A DNA stretch of 62,866 nucleotides, filler included, from an uncultured Methanosarcinales archaeon (GTDB taxonomy: Archaea; Nanobdellota; Nanobdellia; Woesearchaeales; CAYSVS01): the NCBI GenBank assembly GCA_964589485.1. It is 3 parts of 3 records of this genome, joined end to end, with 100 filler letters (N's around TTAATTAATTAA, not from the genome) between each part and the next. Parts side by side here need not be neighbours in the genome. Positions count along the whole stretch, not along the records: positions 38,183 to 62,866 come from CAZPRK010000015.1; 2 more parts are not named here. One strand, written 5' to 3'. Shown here one piece after another: positions 41,101-50,033 of the stretch; the first letter of the stretch is position 1; each line of letters starts with the position of its first letter. Both the position numbers and the translations under genes were made by a program. Under the pieces are notes generated by a model. That model saw nothing but the letters and a program-made list of their open reading frames with translations, ran no database searches and was not told where the DNA came from.

Positions 41101-41222
41101 AAATTTTGAACTCCATCTTTTCCTTTAACATCAATAACTCTTATAGAATCAGCAAATGCAAAAGGCATAGTTAAAACTAATAAAATCATAAAAATACTTA
41201 TTTGTTTTATTTTTGTTTTCAT
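38190..41222 (-). CDS. Large secreted protein with tandem Ig-like domains and Cys-rich C-terminus
   Basis: Sec signal (PFAFA|D); recurring D-x-x-x-P junctions (VDNIAP, ADITPP, VDRDDP, VDNTNP); paired Cys. Confidence 0.7.
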   Translation of the reverse strand: MKTKIKQISIFMILLVLTMPFAFADSIRVIDVKGKDGVQNFIREDDIVKIITSISSEKINNTDVKLTTGLQAKPFNGKCTEKNGIFNCTHEEQVNIRAKRYSLTVKTQSSTKTIPFYVDNIAPTITVTKPPQQVGPNITFEYKVKDFSCKTGCLNKCSGLKSVKIGNNVITSFDGCQYEGKHSSALTKSGIQNIRIEATDNFNQKTTLATSDFDADITPPELMRDSLKFMKGNAEFTYVSGRGNTFEIRVKVTDKTGVDQVTADFSEFNPSSDPIPFSKIEEDEYVWENVAVRISEGNSKNVKIKFHVTDKLGNAREYTVNQLLKVDRDDPKVLMVGTEGCDDNFCYVKNGVNKFITKIEETGSGFNYFSKLNNVLGKNIVFDLTSLGLSKARAKNCTQVGNIWTCFGQAEVRGLSDNSLHKIYITDDSFDDTGNQVTGTQEGKIKVDNTNPEIISVEYFAIGENGKSNYFVQGDLVSIEARIKDTSPVRAIADLTKLTGSLIPVTDCVKENNDYLCKWDTIGTLLTPHPKDNILTSELIFLDGASNEVRHEENTAILFRENDQHDVWNVNTGAITVLPSRLDKNTKAKISYDIFAEVPLFGADAKVLSADVISCTDKGGHIKEEAKISTTPGKSLLMQFKLNKKAFKKDDTSLSFNCEISTVSQIGNFVTRPEYDNFTVKVPLYDMPLGSLTDNTERLIEDAKDGLFKLAGKLKFLEKFLAFTEKACKIQQMLSGIGTIVSLFDLLKQKTPFFIALGKASPSKGPKMFSFVETISGYLNKFCEFSSCNEGSTHLSNKLNLFGNFNYDTIAGIEYGKESPKETEKIRNNAKNSFLGFNVKNNLEGRGFTDVGIWPRNPQDSLVLSMIAMCPAGIVKNLAKYRQIKCTYIDCLKNKVPQGIPVTACTMQHEYMQCKYVYGEIFQLIPFVHIWKRFGQQIKSILNDPVSLFYGVGGLGCNPNNPSIGGSQCQIIHYTKKIGRLLNQLQGFNSLKDGFSLDIPSQGDACKGIE

Positions 41223-43318
41223 TTTTTGAAAAATGGTAATAATTCTTCTTTGTAATATTCTGAATATGAATCAATTGAATCTAATTGTTCCATGTCTTCA
41301 ATAATTCTTTCTGCAGTTGGAATTGCATATAAATCAGGATTAATGGCGTAAAATATTACTTCATTATTATCATACACATTCCTTTTAGTTATTGTAATGT
41401 TTCCAGTAAATCCACCTGAGTTAACTGAATCTAAGGTTTGAGTTGTTTCAGGGACAGTAAAACATTTTTTACCAATTCCAAAAGGAAGAGTACTAAAACA
41501 TTTTTTCTTTGGTAAAAAAACTAATTTCTCTCTATTGATTAATTTAATGTCAACTGAATAATCACCTGGAGTTAATTTTTCAGAAATGTTTCCATCTAAT
41601 GTAAATACAACTTCATGGTTTTTTTCTCCAGGCTTGCCAATTCTGGTTAATTTTGCAATTCCTGTTTCATTAAAATCTAAAGGAAGGCCTTCATTTTGAA
41701 AAGTCCATCTAGGTTTAATTTGTTTCTTTTCAATTTTTATTTTAAATTCTTTTAATGGTAGTAAACGTATATTTCCTAAATTTTGAGGTTCTTTTAACCT
41801 AGTTGTAAGAATTTCTGAAATTCCTAAGTAATCTTCATGTTCAAATGTAATAATTCCATTAAAACCTACAGGGAACTTTGTGTTTAATTCACCTTTATCG
41901 TTAGTTTCTCCAATGATACATGATTCTTGACTTACAGTGTAGAAAACTTTAGTGTTTTCAATTCCTTTATTGGTTTTATCATCAATTAACTTTGCAGAAA
42001 TTTCACCTGAATTTCTTTGAGTAACGTCACAAAGTAAACTATCTTCATTTAAGTAAACTTCTTCAAAAGGATTAAATGTTGCATTTAGGTGTTCATTGTT
42101 TCTAATGTTGGATTCTAATGCAAATAAGAATTGATAACCTCTATTGTTAAATGCGAAAGGATCAGTCATCATAACCATAACTGGAAAACTTAAGTCATAT
42201 ACTGTATTGTACCTTTGAACACCCATTTGAAAAATTGGTTCATATATTGCTTCCGGTTGAATCATACCGCCTTTTGAATTAGCTTTAAAGTATGTTGGCC
42301 AAATAGGAAAGTATTCAAATTGTACACCATAATTTTCATAACCAGTTATTGGTAATATCATTGAATCATAAATGGCTTGAGCAGTAGGATCATCTGAAAA
42401 AACTCTTTCTTCATTAATACTACCCAATATTTTAATTTTATTAATGAATGTTTGAAGCATTAGTTCAATATTTCCTTTAACATTATCTGATTGCCAAAAT
42501 ATACTATTAGAACTAAATTCAGTTGCAGACATTGGAGGAAGTTGATTTTTATCTGTCCCTGAGTATGCGTTTATTAGATCAAGAGTGATACTTTCAATAA
42601 AACCGAATTCTTGTTCAGTTTTTGATAACTTAAGTGCAGATTCGTATATTTTTTTAAATTCAAAATTTAATTTTTGAAAATATTGTTCAATTTCAATTGA
42701 TTTATCTTCTTTTGTGATTTTAGTTTTCATATCTACAAGGATTCTAACATCTTCATCGTTAATTTGTACAATTGTTGAAGGTGAACTAGTGTTAATGATA
42801 AATCCTTGCTTAGTTAAAGGAAGAAATTCTCTTAAACATGTTTTTAAATTAGCAGAAATATAATCTTCAACTTGTTTTTCTATTGAATAATCAGAACTTA
42901 CAAATGCAGTTGAATCTTGTTTAGTTAAAGGTGGAACTCTAGTTTCAAAGTTACAATGTCCTTTACATTCATTATCTCCTTGTAAGAAATACCAATATGC
43001 AGGAGCTATTTTAGTTCCTTGGAAAAATTCAATTGCTTCACTATCAGTTGGACTTTCGCTTAATATAGACAAATGGCTGTTGTTAATATATCCTCCTTTA
43101 TAACCTAATAAAGTAAATCCATCTTCTGCAGTTTTTGAAACACAACCGGAAACAAATTCATTTACAGGTTGAGCATATCCTGGAACTTCCCTGATTTCTG
43201 CAGTTAATAATTCAACTTGATTCTCTTGAATACTTCCTTTGATGTAAATAATAATCGCACTTGAAAATAATAGAACTAAGCCAATGATAATGAATATTGT
43301 AATTTGTCCTTTTTTCAT
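41219..43318 (-). CDS. Large class III signal peptide (pilin-like) protein
   Basis: MKKG|QITIFIIIGLVLLF prepilin cleavage motif; ATGA overlap with the upstream gene. Confidence 0.8.
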   Translation of the reverse strand: MKKGQITIFIIIGLVLLFSSAIIIYIKGSIQENQVELLTAEIREVPGYAQPVNEFVSGCVSKTAEDGFTLLGYKGGYINNSHLSILSESPTDSEAIEFFQGTKIAPAYWYFLQGDNECKGHCNFETRVPPLTKQDSTAFVSSDYSIEKQVEDYISANLKTCLREFLPLTKQGFIINTSSPSTIVQINDEDVRILVDMKTKITKEDKSIEIEQYFQKLNFEFKKIYESALKLSKTEQEFGFIESITLDLINAYSGTDKNQLPPMSATEFSSNSIFWQSDNVKGNIELMLQTFINKIKILGSINEERVFSDDPTAQAIYDSMILPITGYENYGVQFEYFPIWPTYFKANSKGGMIQPEAIYEPIFQMGVQRYNTVYDLSFPVMVMMTDPFAFNNRGYQFLFALESNIRNNEHLNATFNPFEEVYLNEDSLLCDVTQRNSGEISAKLIDDKTNKGIENTKVFYTVSQESCIIGETNDKGELNTKFPVGFNGIITFEHEDYLGISEILTTRLKEPQNLGNIRLLPLKEFKIKIEKKQIKPRWTFQNEGLPLDFNETGIAKLTRIGKPGEKNHEVVFTLDGNISEKLTPGDYSVDIKLINREKLVFLPKKKCFSTLPFGIGKKCFTVPETTQTLDSVNSGGFTGNITITKRNVYDNNEVIFYAINPDLYAIPTAERIIEDMEQLDSIDSYSEYYKEELLPFFKK

Positions 43319-44025
43319 TTTGTTGCTCTGATACATGTGAATTTGTAAAAATTAGAGTCAATACTGTTACAATCTACAGCTGTAGCTTCATCATACTTTG
43401 CCACCATTGTTAATAAACAAACATCTTTTTCAATTGTAGATTTACTGTTACAAATGATTTTAGCATGACTATATGGTTTTAGTTTAAGTTGATCAACAAC
43501 TTTATCTGTTTCTTTAGTTATGTTAATAAAGTGATATGCTGAAAAAGTAAAAACAACTATAATTGCTAAAATCATAATTGTTGAAATTGTAATAATGAAT
43601 TCCTTATCGTATTTTAAAATATCAACGCCTTTAGTAAAATGTTTTTTTATCTTAAATAAATACCAAATAATTACTGCATCTATTAAAGTAATAAACGCAA
43701 AAGCTGAAAGAATAATATCGTATATAGCACTGTATACATTTCCTTGAGCATACATACTTACAACTGAATTAATTAATTCGAAACTAAACCATGCAACTGT
43801 AATGTTCCAAGCATTACTATGTTTAGTTCTAAGACCAAGTACAACCGAAACTATAACTATCAAGTAAAATAAGTTTATTAGTACAGCTAACCCGCCATCA
43901 ATAACGATTCCAAAGAAAATTGTAGTTTGATTTGTAATTGCAAGCATTAAGTAAGTTAAAGCTAAAAAAATTGTGTAAATAGTTAAAACTCTAATACCTT
44001 TACTTTCGCCCCTCTCTTTACTCAT
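43315..44025 (-). CDS. Membrane protein with Cys-containing C-terminal external domain
   Basis: About 5 TMs, then CNSK...DVC...CNSI...TC. Confidence 0.65.
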   Translation of the reverse strand: MSKERGESKGIRVLTIYTIFLALTYLMLAITNQTTIFFGIVIDGGLAVLINLFYLIVIVSVVLGLRTKHSNAWNITVAWFSFELINSVVSMYAQGNVYSAIYDIILSAFAFITLIDAVIIWYLFKIKKHFTKGVDILKYDKEFIITISTIMILAIIVVFTFSAYHFINITKETDKVVDQLKLKPYSHAKIICNSKSTIEKDVCLLTMVAKYDEATAVDCNSIDSNFYKFTCIRATK

Positions 44026-44091
44026 GCTTATATATAAATCAATAATTATTATATATAAACTTTTCTATATAATATATTATTATAAAGGGAA

Positions 44092-44505
44092 CTAAATTTT
44101 TTCTTTTAATTTATTATGAATAATCTCATTTAATTTTAAAATAATGTGATTAATTTCGTTTATTTTACTTTTAATGTATTCTTCTTGGACAAAAAACCCA
44201 TCATAAGCAATTTTGTTTCGTTTAACTCTCAAATCTTCAATAATTGATATTTCATATTCATTATAATTTAATTGAAGGTATTCTATTAGTTTTTTATGTG
44301 AACCTTCGCCATAAGTTTTAAACCCATCAAGTAAAAGAACAACACTTATTAGTTCTCTTAAAACATCATAATATTCTTTTGTAACATTTGAACTAAATTT
44401 AGAAATATTTATACTTTTAATCATTTCTAATGTGGTTTGTACCATTTTTAGAATAGATTTAGCTTTTTCAATATTTGGTGTGATTTTTATTAATTCGTCG
44501 TCCAT
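44092..44505 (-). CDS. HEPN-domain protein (putative toxin)
   Basis: YYDVLRE, GFK..GEGSH and RVKRNKIAYDG motifs; directly downstream of an MNT gene. Confidence 0.75.
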   Translation of the reverse strand: MDDELIKITPNIEKAKSILKMVQTTLEMIKSINISKFSSNVTKEYYDVLRELISVVLLLDGFKTYGEGSHKKLIEYLQLNYNEYEISIIEDLRVKRNKIAYDGFFVQEEYIKSKINEINHIILKLNEIIHNKLKEKI

Positions 44506-44506
44506 T

Positions 44507-45046
44507 TTAAAACGCTTGTAAATAACCTTTAAGTATATCTCCATTAACTATATTGTTTTTTAGTTCTACACTTAATTTATTGAATTTTTTTTCAAAAAAT
44601 AGATTTATTTTTCTGTTTAATTCTTTTTCATACTTTTTTAAATTTACTTCTTGAGAATTACATTGTAAAAATAAATCTATATCGCTTTCTTTAATATCTT
44701 CTCCTTTCGAAGATGATCCGAATAATATAATTGTATTAGGCATACATTTATCTTCTATATACTCTAAAAGTCCACATTCTTTTATTCTTTTTAATAAGTT
44801 TATTTTTTTTAATAATTTAAAGTAATCTGAATCTCTATTTCCATAGTAAACAGGAGATTTATGGATTCTATGTTCTTTTTTAGTAATTAAGTCTTCTTTT
44901 TCAAGTTCTTCAAGATATAATTTTACTGATTTTGGAGCTAAATCTATTTTTCTGCTTATTTCTCTTAGTTGATAACCAATACCTTTTGGCAAAGGATCAT
45001 CAAAAAATACTTCTAATAATTTAGTTCTGTTATCTTTTTTTAACAT
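44507..45046 (-). CDS. wHTH + minimal nucleotidyltransferase (MNT) antitoxin
   Basis: LREISRKIDLAPKSVKLYLEEL (HTH); LFGSSSKGEDIKESDIDL (GS-x10-DxD). Confidence 0.85.
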   Translation of the reverse strand: MLKKDNRTKLLEVFFDDPLPKGIGYQLREISRKIDLAPKSVKLYLEELEKEDLITKKEHRIHKSPVYYGNRDSDYFKLLKKINLLKRIKECGLLEYIEDKCMPNTIILFGSSSKGEDIKESDIDLFLQCNSQEVNLKKYEKELNRKINLFFEKKFNKLSVELKNNIVNGDILKGYLQAF

Positions 45047-45057
45047 CTGTGATAATA

Positions 45058-45078
45058 ATATAACTACTGTTATATAAA
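45058..45078 (-). promoter_or_regulatory. Palindromic operator overlapping the TATA box of the MNT-HEPN operon
   Basis: ATATAAC-TACT-GTTATAT (45058-45075) overlaps TTTATATA (minus strand, 45078-45071), 25 nt above ATG 45046. Confidence 0.5.
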
Positions 45079-45086
45079 TATTACGG

Positions 45087-47207
45087 TTACCTAACTCTTC
45101 CATTAACAACTTTTTTAGTTTTAATATCTTCGTTTTTAGTTTTTAATCTAAAATTGTTGCAAAAAACTTCTTTATTTTTTACTTCAAGTTTATTTTTTAA
45201 GAATTCATCTATGGTTATTTCTTCATTGTTATTTTCAGTATTTTCTATAAAACATTTTTCTCCAACTTTACTATTTTTTGGTTCAATGATTTCTAAATTT
45301 TCTTTATCTTCAGCAGCTAATAACATTCCTTGACTTTCAACATCTCTTAATTTAGTTGGTTTTAAATTATTTACAAGAATGACTTTTTTTCCAATTAATT
45401 CTTCTTTAGTATAACTTGTTTTTATACCGGCGCAAATTTGTTTTTTTTCTCCATTGTTAACTTTTAATACATAAAGTTTATCTGCATTTGGGTGATCGTT
45501 AACTTCTAAAATTTCACTTACAACTAAATCTAAATTTAATTCTTTTTTTTCTTGTTTTCCTGCAAATTTTTCTTTAAATTGTTTGATTTGATCGTCTTCA
45601 AGCTTTTCAAATAAAATTCTAGGGTTGTTTGTTTTATGTCCTTTTTTAATAGACATATCTTGGAAATGTAAAAAGGTTAATTTATCTTTAATTCCTAATT
45701 GTAATAATATTTTTTTGGAAGTATTTGGTAAGAATGATGAAATTAAAATTGCAATATCTTTTACTGTATTTGCAAGAATATACATGGCATTATCTGACCT
45801 TTGTTTATCTTCTTTAAAATTTTTCCATGGTTCATTTTCTTGAAAATATTGATTTGCATCTTTACTAATTTGCATTATTTCTCTTAATGCATCTTTTAGT
45901 TTAATGTCTTCCATTAATTGGTTTACTTTTTCTTTTCTTTCTTTGACTTTTTCAATAAATTCTTTATCTTTATTATCAAGTTTTGGTTCTGGTATTATAT
46001 TTTCATAAAAACGATGTATGAATGCAACTGTTCTATTAACTAAATTTCCTAAATTTGCAAGAAGTTCATTATTAATTTTCTCTTGAAAATCTTCCCATGC
46101 AAATTCAGTATCTGTTTTTTCTGGTCTGTTAATAGTAATATAATATCTAAATAAATCAGGATGTAACCCAGAATTCATTGCATCATCTCCGAAAATACCA
46201 GTTCCCCTAGATTTGGAAAACTGTCCATTTTCATAGTTCATATATTCATTGCTAGAAATATTTTTTAGTAAAGTATAATTATCTTTTGTTCCAATTAAAA
46301 AAGCAGGAAACATTATTGTATGGAACGGTATGTTATCTTTTCCCATAAATTGAATTAACTCTGTTTCTTTTTGATTGTGCCACCAATCTTTCCAATCTTC
46401 TCTACTGTTTTTTGTAATTGAAATATAACCAATTGGAGCGTCAAACCAACAATAAAAAACTTTGTTTTCATAACCTTCGATTGGAACTTTAACTCCCCAT
46501 TTTAAATCTCTTGTTATTGACCTTGGTTTAAGTCCTTCTTTTAACCAAGCTTGAGCCATAGTAATTGCATTTAAACTCCATTTTTGTGATGTAGAATTCA
46601 TCCATTTTTCAAGCTCAGGTTGTAATTTTTCTAAGTCTATGAATAAGTGTTTAGTTTTTTTTAATTCTGGAACATCGTTACTAATTTTACACCTTGGGTT
46701 TTTTAAATCTTGAGGTGTTAATAACTTTCCACATTGTTCGCATTGATCTCCGCGTGCGTCTTTATAATTACAAAAATGACATGTTCCTTGAACAAATCTA
46801 TCTGCTAAAAATTTCTTGCAAGTGTTACAGAAATATTGTTCAGTTTCTTGTTCTAAAATGAATTTATTTTTGTTAAGTTTATTAAAAATATCTTTAGTTA
46901 TTTCATGGTTTGCTACGTCACTAGTTCTTCCAAAGCAATCAAAGTCACATTCAAACCATTCATATATTTCTTTTTGTAATGCGAAATATTTGTCACATAC
47001 TTCTTTAGGAGTTATACCTTCCTCTAAAGCTTTAGTCTCAGTAGCTGTTCCGTGTTCATCTGTTCCACAAACATAAATACATTTAACTTTTTTTGATTTT
47101 AAAAATCTAGAATAAATATCTGCACTAAGAACACAAACCATTGTTCCTAAATGCGGAACATTATTTACATATGGCAATGCACTGGTTACTAATACTTTAT
47201 TTCTCAT
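45087..47207 (-). CDS. metG: Methionyl-tRNA synthetase with C-terminal tRNA-binding domain
   Basis: SALPYVNNVPHLG, GTDEHG, Zn knuckle, WFDA, FSKS and HPNADKL motifs. Confidence 0.97.
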   Translation of the reverse strand: MRNKVLVTSALPYVNNVPHLGTMVCVLSADIYSRFLKSKKVKCIYVCGTDEHGTATETKALEEGITPKEVCDKYFALQKEIYEWFECDFDCFGRTSDVANHEITKDIFNKLNKNKFILEQETEQYFCNTCKKFLADRFVQGTCHFCNYKDARGDQCEQCGKLLTPQDLKNPRCKISNDVPELKKTKHLFIDLEKLQPELEKWMNSTSQKWSLNAITMAQAWLKEGLKPRSITRDLKWGVKVPIEGYENKVFYCWFDAPIGYISITKNSREDWKDWWHNQKETELIQFMGKDNIPFHTIMFPAFLIGTKDNYTLLKNISSNEYMNYENGQFSKSRGTGIFGDDAMNSGLHPDLFRYYITINRPEKTDTEFAWEDFQEKINNELLANLGNLVNRTVAFIHRFYENIIPEPKLDNKDKEFIEKVKERKEKVNQLMEDIKLKDALREIMQISKDANQYFQENEPWKNFKEDKQRSDNAMYILANTVKDIAILISSFLPNTSKKILLQLGIKDKLTFLHFQDMSIKKGHKTNNPRILFEKLEDDQIKQFKEKFAGKQEKKELNLDLVVSEILEVNDHPNADKLYVLKVNNGEKKQICAGIKTSYTKEELIGKKVILVNNLKPTKLRDVESQGMLLAAEDKENLEIIEPKNSKVGEKCFIENTENNNEEITIDEFLKNKLEVKNKEVFCNNFRLKTKNEDIKTKKVVNGRVR

Positions 47208-47267
47208 AGAAAATAGCTAATTTTATGTTTTTATAAATTTATCTGTTTAAAAAAAGAAAAAAAATAC

Positions 47268-47456
47268 TTACCAATCTAAGTCTTCCAGATCAGCAGTGAT
47301 TTCATCTAAATCGTCAATATCTGATTCGTCTTCTTCTGCTAAGTTTCCTAATTCATCAGATACTTCATCAATGTCTTCACTTGATTCTGGAGCTTGTTCA
47401 ACTGGTTGACATGCTACTAAAAATAAAACTAATATGATTACTAATATTTTTTTCAT
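47268..47456 (-). CDS. Small acidic lipoprotein
   Basis: Lipobox LVAC; D/E-rich body; coupled to the upstream gene. Confidence 0.65.
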   Translation of the reverse strand: MKKILVIILVLFLVACQPVEQAPESSEDIDEVSDELGNLAEEDESDIDDLDEITADLEDLDW

Positions 47457-48568
47457 TCTTGATCACCTTCTTCTTCAGTATCTTCAGTTTCAGTTACTTC
47501 TTCTTCTTCAGTCTCTGTTGCCTCTTCTTCAACATCATCAGCTTCTTCTACTTTTATTTTGTTTTCTTTAATTACTTTTTTAATTTCTTTTAATGATTTA
47601 TGAGCTTCTTTGAATTTATCTTTTGCTTGTTTCATTAAATCTTTAGCTTCATTTCTCATTTCTTTTGATTTTTGTTCTCTTGCTTCTTGAAATTTGCTTG
47701 TTGCTGAATTAAACAAAGCTTCTGCTTCATCTATTGTTGAATCAAACTTAGTAACTAATTCTTCAATGTTAGGATTATTTTCAGCTGTTTTTTCAAGTCT
47801 ATCTGCTAACTTATCAGCTTTTTTTAAAATTCCATTGAATCTTTTTTCAACTAACTTATCGCTATCTTCTTTTAATTTATCTTTTGTTTTTTCAATTGAT
47901 GCTCTAATTCTTTTTGCAAAATCTTTAATTTGATCTTTGGTTAAGTCACCTTCACCAATTTCTTCTTTAATTTGATTTAATTCATCTATTTTTGCATCTA
48001 TTGATGTAAGCATACTTGTAGATTCTTCTTCTGTTAATTTTTCAGATGAAGATATTCTTGTTTTCATTTTTTCAAGATGACTAAGAATACTTTCTAATGA
48101 TTTTGTTAAACCATTTTTTGCATGACTTCTTATTTCTTTTTTAAGTTCATCACAATTTTCAGTACATTCTTTTAATTTTTGTCTAGCTTCTCTGAAATTT
48201 TTTCTTTTAGAAATTCTTTCTTCTTTTATTTTTTTAACTTTAGAAAACATTTCTTTTCTTTTTTCATGTAATTTTGCTTTATCTTCTCTTGATTGTTTAA
48301 TTATTTCTTTTCTTGCTTTAACTTTTTCTCTTACGTTTTCTCTTTTGGTTTGAATTTTTTCTTTAACTTCTTCTCTTTTTTCTTTAATTCTTACCTTTGC
48401 TTCATCTCTTCTTTCTTTTACTTTTTCTTTAACTTCTTCTCTTCTTTCTTCTAAATTGTCTTTAATCAAATCCACCTTGTTTAGTAACCTTTCATTATGC
48501 TCTTCATCAGCAACAACAATAGAACTAAACATCATAATTATAAATAAAAATGTAAATATTTTTTTCAT
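47453..48568 (-). CDS. Secreted highly charged coiled-coil protein
   Basis: Signal peptide; E/K/R-rich repeats (REEVKEK); acidic tail; GGAGG SD. Confidence 0.7.
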   Translation of the reverse strand: MKKIFTFLFIIMMFSSIVVADEEHNERLLNKVDLIKDNLEERREEVKEKVKERRDEAKVRIKEKREEVKEKIQTKRENVREKVKARKEIIKQSREDKAKLHEKRKEMFSKVKKIKEERISKRKNFREARQKLKECTENCDELKKEIRSHAKNGLTKSLESILSHLEKMKTRISSSEKLTEEESTSMLTSIDAKIDELNQIKEEIGEGDLTKDQIKDFAKRIRASIEKTKDKLKEDSDKLVEKRFNGILKKADKLADRLEKTAENNPNIEELVTKFDSTIDEAEALFNSATSKFQEAREQKSKEMRNEAKDLMKQAKDKFKEAHKSLKEIKKVIKENKIKVEEADDVEEEATETEEEEVTETEDTEEEGDQE

Positions 48569-48681
48569 TTTAAAAAACCTCCATATGTGTATAATTAGTA
48601 AATTGGTTTATATATTTTTTGATTATGTTTTTACAATTTTCAAGCACAAGTTTTATAAAGCAACTCTATTTTCTGAAGGAA

Positions 48682-48740
48682 ACCAATGAAATGATGAAGG
48701 CTTAGGCCTGAATGAGGTAAATAATTCTATTTACCGGAGG
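48682..48740 (+). promoter_or_regulatory. rpl7ae 5'UTR tandem kink-turn, hairpin and SD (putative L7Ae autoregulatory leader)
   Basis: ACC-AAU-GA-AAU-GAU-GA-AGGC-UUAG-GCCU-GA-AU-GA-GGU; then GGUAAAUA-AUUC-UAUUUACC; then GGAGG. TATA box TTTTATAA at 48651. Confidence 0.75.
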
Positions 48741-48746
48741 AATAAA

Positions 48747-49085
48747 ATGGATTCAAAAGAATTAATAAACAAAGCTTATGAAGCAATAGAAGTAGCTAAA
48801 GCTACAGGTAAAATAAAGAAAGGAACAAATGAAGTTACAAAAGTAATTGAGAAAGGAACTGCTAAATTTGTTGCAGTAGCAAAAGATGTAAACCCTAAAG
48901 AAATTGTAATGCATTTGCCATTATTAGCTAAAGAAAAGAATATTCCTTTAGTAGAAGTTAACACTAGAGATGAATTAGGTGCAGCAGCAGGATTAGACGT
49001 TCCTACAGTTGCAGTTGCTATTGTTGAAGAAGGAGATGCTAAGAAACTATTAAAAGAGTTTGAAACAGTAGAAAAAAGTGAATAA
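48747..49085 (+). CDS. rpl7ae: 50S ribosomal protein L7Ae
   Basis: KKGTNEVTK, HLPLL and LGAAAGL motifs. Confidence 0.97.
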   Translation: MDSKELINKAYEAIEVAKATGKIKKGTNEVTKVIEKGTAKFVAVAKDVNPKEIVMHLPLLAKEKNIPLVEVNTRDELGAAAGLDVPTVAVAIVEEGDAKKLLKEFETVEKSE

Positions 49086-49087
49086 AA

Positions 49088-49375
49088 ATGGTTATTAAAA
49101 ATTTTCAAAAAAAACCTAAACCTGAACAAGGTGAAGAAAAAGGAAAAGTGCATTTTAGTTATGCAGTTGCAGCTAATGTTGAAGAAATTATTGGCAGGAC
49201 TGGAACTAGAGGAGAAGCTGTTCAAGTTAGATGTAAGGTTTTGGAAGGAAGAGATACTGATAAAATATTAAGAAGGAATGTTAAAGGTCCTATAAGAAAG
49301 GGCGATGTCTTAATGTTAAGAGAAACTGAGATAGAAGCAAAACCTCTAACTAAAAAAGGTAGAGGAAATATTTAG
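49088..49375 (+). CDS. rps28e: 30S ribosomal protein S28e (N-terminally extended)
   Basis: IGRTGTRGE...RNVKGPIR.GD...LRETE. Confidence 0.95.
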   Translation: MVIKNFQKKPKPEQGEEKGKVHFSYAVAANVEEIIGRTGTRGEAVQVRCKVLEGRDTDKILRRNVKGPIRKGDVLMLRETEIEAKPLTKKGRGNI

Positions 49376-49385
49376 GGTGTAAGAA

Positions 49386-49556
49386 ATGGTAAAATGTACT
49401 TTTTGTGTCAAAGAAATTCCTAAAGGAACAGGGAAAATTTATGTTAAAGCAGATGGAAAAATCTTTAATTTATGTTCCACTAAATGCGAAAAAAATATAA
49501 TTAAACTAAAAAGGAAAGCCATTACAATTAAATGGGCTCAAGGTGGTAAAAAATGA
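49386..49556 (+). CDS. rpl24e: 50S ribosomal protein L24e
   Basis: Not in ORF track (56 aa): MVKCTFCVKEIPKGTGKIYVKADGKIFNLCSTKCEKNIIKLKRKAITIKWAQGGKK. Confidence 0.95.
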   Translation: MVKCTFCVKEIPKGTGKIYVKADGKIFNLCSTKCEKNIIKLKRKAITIKWAQGGKK

Positions 49557-50032
49557 TGGAAAAAACTTTAGTTTTAATAAAACCAGATGGAGTTCAAAGA
49601 GGATTAATTGGACGAATTTTACAGAGATTTGAAGATGTTGGTTTAAAAGTAATAGGAATGAAAATGGTTTGGGTAGATAAAGACTTTTCAAAACAACATT
49701 ATAAAGAATTAATAGAAAAACCATTTTATCCTGGATTAGAAGCTATGATTACTGAAGGACCTGTTGTTGCAATAGCTCTTGAGGGAGTTGAAAGTGTAGA
49801 ATTAGTAAGGAAAATGGTAGGAACTACTGAACCTAAGTCATCTCAACCAGGAACTATTAGAGGAGATTTTTCACACCATTCCTATAAATACGCAGATACT
49901 AAAAAAATAGCAATTAAAAATTTAATTCATGCGTCTGGTACAAAGGAAGAAGCTGAAGCAGAAGTAAAACTTTGGTTTGAGGATAAAGAAACTCATACTT
50001 ATAGTACTGTACATGAACAACACGTGTTTTAA
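49553..50032 (+). CDS. ndk: Nucleoside diphosphate kinase
   Basis: IKPDGVQR, PGTIRGDF and NLIHAS motifs. Confidence 0.96.
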   Translation: MMEKTLVLIKPDGVQRGLIGRILQRFEDVGLKVIGMKMVWVDKDFSKQHYKELIEKPFYPGLEAMITEGPVVAIALEGVESVELVRKMVGTTEPKSSQPGTIRGDFSHHSYKYADTKKIAIKNLIHASGTKEEAEAEVKLWFEDKETHTYSTVHEQHVF

Positions 50033-50033
50033 A

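Noticed and set aside
44026..44091. AT-rich repeats (TTATATATAAA twice) as a replication origin
   Set aside because: Short, with no ORB-like motifs or adjacent cdc6/orc1; explained by a TATA promoter in an AT-rich genome.
47453..48568. SMC partner of ScpA
   Set aside because: It has a signal peptide and no Walker A/B motifs, and lies in a different assembly segment.
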